64,000 nt of DNA from Chrysomallon squamiferum (Eukaryota; Animalia; Mollusca), in assembly GCA_012295275.1 (NCBI GenBank), contig CM022671.1:20398001-20462000 (forward strand), written 5' to 3'. Numbering within the stretch: the first letter of the stretch is position 1; each line of letters starts with the position of its first letter. This document shows, one piece after another, positions 57,479 through 64,000 of this stretch. The notes beneath the pieces were generated by a model. The model searched no databases. It worked only from the letters and a program-made list of their open reading frames with translations, and had not been told where the DNA came from. A program made the position numbers and the translations under genes.

Positions 57479-57846
57479 TGAATTCTCCGTATTTGAACTC
57501 ATCTACATTCGCAAATTTTCCTCATGTTTTTAAATGTAAAAGTAACTCACTCAGTTATTAACTGCGCCGCATTTATTATTTTAAAAATTAAACCAAAACA
57601 TTTAAAAATTTAAAATAGAAGAAAAAAAGAGAAATAAAACAATACGTTTTCATAACTACATCTTCAAGAATGACCTTTAATGTTGGCAGTATGTCAAACG
57701 TAACTGTTTTATGGATATAACAGAAAAGGTGTAAGATTTCATAGCGGTATGTAACGATCTACTACGTACATAAAAAACATAGGCACTATGTTGTTTCACA
57801 AAATGCTAATAATAACATTAATAACAGTGCACATTTACTTTCTTAC

Positions 57847-58165
57847 CAATAATGTCAAGATATTCTGTCTTTGTTTGTAACTGGCTGGTGCAAAATCAGC
57901 AAAACAAAATGGGATTTTACTCTAAAACAAGCAGCTACACTAGAACCGACCACCTTGAAACATGTTGTTGGCCTTTGGTCACGTGATTTGGGGGATTGAC
58001 CAATATATGTTGAGGAAATTGCGCACACCTACCATTCTGCGATAGACACGCCCCATGGCTTTGTCAGAGAGCGTAAATGTCGCAGACGGTCTTCACAACA
58101 GCTTGTTCTTATTGGCACGTTCATTTTTTCACTTAATAAATTAACAATAAACTACACACCGTAAT
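57847..58165. promoter_or_regulatory. Probable bidirectional promoter of AASS and the kelch gene, with non-coding first exons
   Basis: CpG/GC-rich patch; E-box GTCACGTGAT at 57978; CCAAT at ~58000 and inverted ATTGG at ~58111; minus-strand donor (TTG|gtaaga) at 57846 and plus-strand donor (ACC|gtaatg) at 58161. Confidence 0.6.
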
Positions 58166-59337
58166 GATTAATTTATTCCTAGTTTTCGGAAATGTTTAAT
58201 TAAGTATGCATATTGCTAAACTAAACAATTTCAGCAGTGAATATGGCTGTTCCGGCATTGGAATGATCTCCCCCTATTAGGAACTGATCCACGATTTCTA
58301 AGTGGGGAATGAGACATTATTATCAGTGCTAAAATAGGGTTAAGGATTAGGTTTAACTCCAAAATTGTTGTCATGTAAAGTTACCGATATAACAATGCAG
58401 CAAACGTATATCCGAGATAAAATCAACATATAATATGAAGGATAAAAAATAACTTTCTATCCATAACTTATCATATTGTTATATCACACGGAACCGTATC
58501 CACTATTAGTAATAGTATTACTATAATAAGCTAATGAATTTTGTAATTTTTCTGTTTTGTGAGTACGATAGAATATTTAACGTTTTCACTCTACAGTTTA
58601 CGTATAATAGTATGGCTTATAATAGTTGTATGTATATTGTAAAGTTTATTGTGCTGGGAAATCCCCAGCAGTATTGTAATTTAGTTTATATGCATTTCTT
58701 ACATTTTTTATTTTTTATAATTTTTTTTGCCCTTCTTCATTTCTTTTAACTTATATCATACTACATGTTTGCTAGACAAATGTATCGAAGCCACAGACAC
58801 GGATGCCTTATATTTATGCATATGTATATTACGTAAATAGCCGAAATATTCCGACTGCAATAAAAACAAGCACCGACTTAATCAGAGTTATTGCCCTTAG
58901 TGGCTTATCAAGTTTTATTATTTTAGTTACTGTTTGTAAATTATAGTTTGTGGACGTTTGTATTTGTAAGATCTTCATTTTCGTTATCATATTTAATATT
59001 AAACAGTTTATAAACGATGTATAAAACTCGTTTTTATATTTAATATTCATTATAATGATATATTAAATTACACTAAACCTTAGCGTATCCTAATCTACTT
59101 TAATAAAAGTAGATAATAATTAAATATTAAATTTACGATTCCTGTAATAATTAATGTTCGTGACAGCGTTAATGTATCAGTTTTTTCGATTATTATTAAT
59201 ATGTATGTCAACGACAAGATACAAAAATGTATATCTATCTATATATATATATAATTCCTGTTATTTAATACTTAATAAATTATAACATACATTTGTTGTT
59301 TTTATTTCAGAACTATATTCCATTTCATCATAACACC

Positions 59338-61479
59338 ATGTCATCAGGTCTATATCGATGGGAATCGATGAAATCCATGCCTACCAAGCGCGTGTTTGCC
59401 TCACCTGCTGTTCATAATGGACAAATATATGTTCTTGGTGGCTGTGATGATAAAGGCATTCCCCTGAGTAATTTTGAAGTGTATGATCCTTCCACCAGAA
59501 AATGGACTAAGCTGGATGATATGCCTACTAAGCGAGCAGCGCCTGGTGTTGCTGTTGTTGATAATAAAATAATTGCTCTTGGAGGTGTTGCAGAGGACCA
59601 GACGCCACTTGATGTTGTCGAAATGTACGACATTGAAACTAAGAAATGGACAAAACTTAATGGTTTGAAAGAAAAACTTCTTGGATTGTCAGTAGTGGTT
59701 AAAGGTTTGTTCTTTGGCAAATTTAAATAATAAGTTGCTGCACACATAGCAGTAAATGTGACAGTTAAAATCGGTTTTTAAATTTTATTTCACATTTAAA
59801 TAATTCAGTTTTTTCTTGATTTAAAACCTAAAGACAAAGTATACATATTATAATATGTTAATTTACTATTTTCAGACAATAAAATCTTAATAGTAGGGGG
59901 AATGGCAATAGACACAAACTCTCGAGATTATTTCTGTTCATTTGATGTTAGCAAAGACCAGTGGAAAGAACTGCCAACTATGCCAACTGCAAGATATGCA
60001 TCCTCATCATTTCTCATTGGTGACAAACTCTATGTGATTGGTTAGTAAGTTTATTTTCATTATAATTATGTCACATTTCTTTGATGCAAGCACACATTCA
60101 TTCATCCTAGATCTGAAGAAAACTTACCCCTCTCTTTATAAATTATGTATTCAAGACTCAGAATACATTTTGTAGATTTTAATAACAACAACAACAACAA
60201 CAACAAAAAATGCACATTATGTCAAAACATAAATAACGTTCATAAAGTGGATTCTGTTTCCAGTTAATTTTATTTATTTATTTATTTATTTATACCTATT
60301 GAAATTCTTGTTTAAATATTTATAACAGGAGGGCGACAAGGTAAGATACCTACAGCAGCTTTTGAAGCATACAACATGAGTACACAAAAATGGGAGCAGT
60401 TGCCAGATATTCCAAGCAAAAGAGTTTTTTCAATGTATGAAGCTACAGACAAACATATCTTTAGCATTGGAGGACTCCAGCAGCCAGCAAATAAGGGATT
60501 TTCAGATGCCTGTGAAGTTTTTGATCTAGATAAAAGTAAGTATTTGATCTGGAATGTAGTAACAGTTTTCCTTCTTTTTATTCCCTCTTATGTAGTTTTT
60601 GAATTACAACAGGTTTATTTTAAGACAAATAATGATTCTGATGCCGTCTAGTATGGTGAACTTAAAATAAAAAACAACTATTACAAATGTTTTAGTTCAG
60701 TTTTTATCTCATCTGTAAAGATTCATTTGAATTGCTAATTTTTTTGGACATATTAATTTTTCATTGTGTGTGTCTGTGTGTGTGTGTAAACGTATTGAAT
60801 GTATGTATGTATATCTAAAAATGCATGGTATTTATTTGATAAAAATCCTCACTCCAAAAACCAAACAACTAATCTCTCAATGTAACTGCCAAGACAACAC
60901 ATATTTTTGATACTTTTTATTAGCTGGCTCTGTACTGTTTTCATACTTATGATTACAGAAGAATGGAAAATAGGTCAACCTATGCCAACCAAGAGAGGTG
61001 ATTTTGCAATTGGAGTAGTGGGAGGAAAAGTTATATGTGCAGGAGGTTTGGGTTAGTTGACCTTTTAAACTTTCATCAATATGTGTGTCAAATTTAAAAC
61101 TATAAATAATATCTGCATTCATTTTAGTTTTAAAACAAATTCAGCATGTTGATAATATAATGTATGAAATGGGAAAATTATTATATTTTAAAAAATTTAA
61201 AAACAAAAATGATATTAAAATTCATTTTTTATAAGCATGGCATATCATAATTTCAATAAGTCCTATTGTTAATATGTCTGTGTTACAGGAAACCATGGCA
61301 AACCATTGAACACTGTTGAGTGTTATGATCAAGAGAACGACACTTGGACACAGATTTGTGACCTTCCCACCCCACACTGCTCATGTACATACAAAACTAT
61401 AGATGGGTGTCTGCATGTAATTGGTGGGCTATCCAAGCAAGGTCCTAGTGGAAATATGGAAGCCCTCAGTTTTAGATAA
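59338..61479 (+). CDS. Kelch-repeat-only beta-propeller protein, KLHDC8A/B-like (~340 aa, 5 coding exons)
   Basis: ACC-ATG at 59338; exons 59338-59704, 59876-60040, 60329-60535, 60959-61051, 61289-61479 (1023 nt). Repeated MPTKR...GG...E.YD...W kelch units and no BTB domain. Confidence 0.9.
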
Positions 61480-62538
61480 ATAATTGCATAGAACTAAAAC
61501 AAAATGAAAAAAAAATTAAATTACATTATCAATCTATTCTACAACTTTTGCATTCTTCATCTGGAGAATGAAATAGTTTAATTTATTCTGTTATATTAAT
61601 TATCTGGTAGATTGTTGATTTTTGAGTCAAATTATAGATCTCTCTTTAGGATATTTATTTAACTCTGTTTTTACCCCACTGCCTCACAAGTCGCTTTTGG
61701 AATTTTCCTGTACTATGCTTAACAGTAGATTGGTAATATGGAGAAATAATGAATTAAAGATGTCAATCCATTATTTAGTTAACTACAGTGGATATCTTGA
61801 TGTTGAAGCAAAAGACTTGATGTTGTTTCATTAATTTTCGTTGAATTTAAAAATATCTGGTAGGTTCTAGTTTGATTCCAGCAAACAGCAAAAAAACTAA
61901 CAAAAAACCCAATCTTTGTATTAAATATTATTAATTTTCACTGTGTTTGAAGATAAGAGCTCAAGTAACATTTGTTTACTGACAGTGTTTTCACCAGTAA
62001 TACATACAAATAAAAAACAATAAGTAATAATAAATATTGTGTAATTTGAAATGATTTACAAAAAAGTGTGGTTGTAAATGCATTTAAATATGAATATCTG
62101 CTCAATCCACTGTATGTTGGTTGTACACATCTGAAAACGGACATGAGCTTAATTACCTATTAGTCATCTTCAAGAAAGTATAAAAAATTACTGTTACTTT
62201 AAAATTACTGTTAGTAGAAACTGTTTTTATGATACTTATTAATTATATTTTTTCACAATGTTGTGAACTTTTCTAGCTTGGCTTCTCTGTGATATGGTAT
62301 TGGTCATTGGCGTTTTCTATTTTTGTAATTTATTATTACGGCTACAGATTTTGTTTTTTTTATAAATGTCTATTATGGAATTTTTTTACTTTTTTTCCCT
62401 TTATGTGACCAAATTTGAATATATAATTAGGGTTTCATATTAATATTTTCTATCGTTTATATTTATTTTTGTTTAAAGTGTAAATTTGCTATTAAAAACT
62501 TGTGTGATTTTCTATCTAATATAGTTTTCTATCAAATA

Positions 62539-62705
62539 TTTACCATAATTTTACATTACATATTTGTATGATGCTTTACATTACTTTCCATCATTTTCAT
62601 TTTTGATCCAATATATAATATAAACTTTTACCATAATTTTATATTAGGTATTTGTGTGATGCTTTACATTAATTTCCATCAAATGCATTTTTGATTCAGT
62701 ATTTA
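62539..62705 (+). repeat. ~88-bp degenerate direct repeat downstream of the kelch gene
   Basis: tttaccataattttacattacatatttgtatgatgctttacatta... recurs as tttaccataattttatattaggtatttgtgtgatgctttacatta... Confidence 0.75.
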
Positions 62706-64000
62706 ATATACTTGTTCCTCAAGCATTTTTTGTTTCGTTTTTAAAATTACTTTCCAATAACAATTTGTTATTTTTCATCAGTCATTTATGTTGCATTTTT
62801 CACATTTTCCATCAAATATATGTAACTTCTTAAGCATACGAGTATTAGTATTTAATATATTTGTCATTAACTTTCAATTTTGCTTTGTATTGAATACGTT
62901 TGATAAATGGATTCAATTTCTGTTATTACTTTGTCCTGCGAACATGTCAGAGAACATATAAGTAAACTTTTTACAATATATCACAGGGAAAATACTTATC
63001 TTTTGTTCTCAGGATCTCTGTTCTCAATAGACTGACATTTTTAAAAGATTACTGCTTTTTAGCTGCATTAGATTTTGAACCTTTATGAACGAGTTAGAAA
63101 ACAAAATGGGATAACTTGTTGGTTGTGCTCCTTTGTTACATATAGTGAAATACATGACTACTCTGGTTTATTTTTATATATCAGTATTTGTAATATTGAA
63201 CAGTACAAGATTTACATACACTCGCACACTACATAAACAAACACACAAGCATGCCAAACACACATGCACAGAGTTAGAAGTGATCTGCTACACCTTTATG
63301 TGATAATATCCATCTGATAATATTTTTCAGGTCTTAATACTTAATAGAATTTATGCATTATCAGACTATAGATACATATGTCTCGCATCAATTTTTAAAA
63401 TTAAATATTAAAAATATGACAGTAAACCTTCGTGTTTTTTATTTTTAGCACATATGTATTATTTACCACAGATTTAATTGTGTTTAAATAAATACAATAT
63501 TGTATTTTTATGCTACATTAATCTTATTTCTTGTTTTTAAAACATTTTAATTAAAAGATTTTGTTCCTGGATACAATTGATTACATTTATGTAAAATAAA
63601 GAACTTGGAAGTTAGTTGTGTTTTTTTTGTCGGCCTGTCTTATCTGCAGATATTTGGTTCTAGGATATACTAGATGCTCAGGATACTTGCATTAAAATTT
63701 AATGTAATAATTGTAGCCTGAATGTATTCATAGAGCTACTACTAAGAAGTTCTTAAGAATAGTCTAATGGAAAATTAAATTTTTCAAATATTTTGATCTT
63801 CAGATACTATACACTATATCAGGGGTACTTACTGTAATTTCTCTTAAAGACTTATGTTCAGAATAATCAACAAAGACACAGAACACAAACAGGATCTAAA
63901 TGTTTATTTTCATAACTTTTAACAGTAAAAAAACTGACTAATATTCCACAAAATAAATAATGAAAAATGAAAAGCAAACAACTTAAAAAATGCCATTAAA

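Overview
AT-rich, intron-dense animal DNA with many microsatellites. The tRNA-SINE remnants and mosaic CpG pattern suggest an invertebrate, probably a mollusc (inference). Hand-built exon chains with consistent splice phases give: (1) the 5' end of an unidentified minus-strand gene running off the left edge, whose spliced frame contains an in-frame TGA at codon 17 (candidate selenoprotein); (2) an 11-exon IL-17-receptor-like gene with a full ectodomain, a divergent SEFIR domain and a His-rich tail; (3) a second TM+SEFIR gene with essentially no ectodomain; (4) an aminergic-type class A GPCR with a 1-nt frameshift; (5,6) two tandem SLC2A13/HMIT paralogues, one with Asn in place of the proton-coupling TM1 Asp; (7) AASS with 21 coding exons and an ~0.8-kb duplication of its start-exon acceptor; (8) a KLHDC8-like kelch gene divergent from AASS. 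The most notable observations are the candidate Sec codon, the complementary pair of SEFIR genes, and the D-to-N transporter paralogue. All alignments were done by eye and no searches were run.
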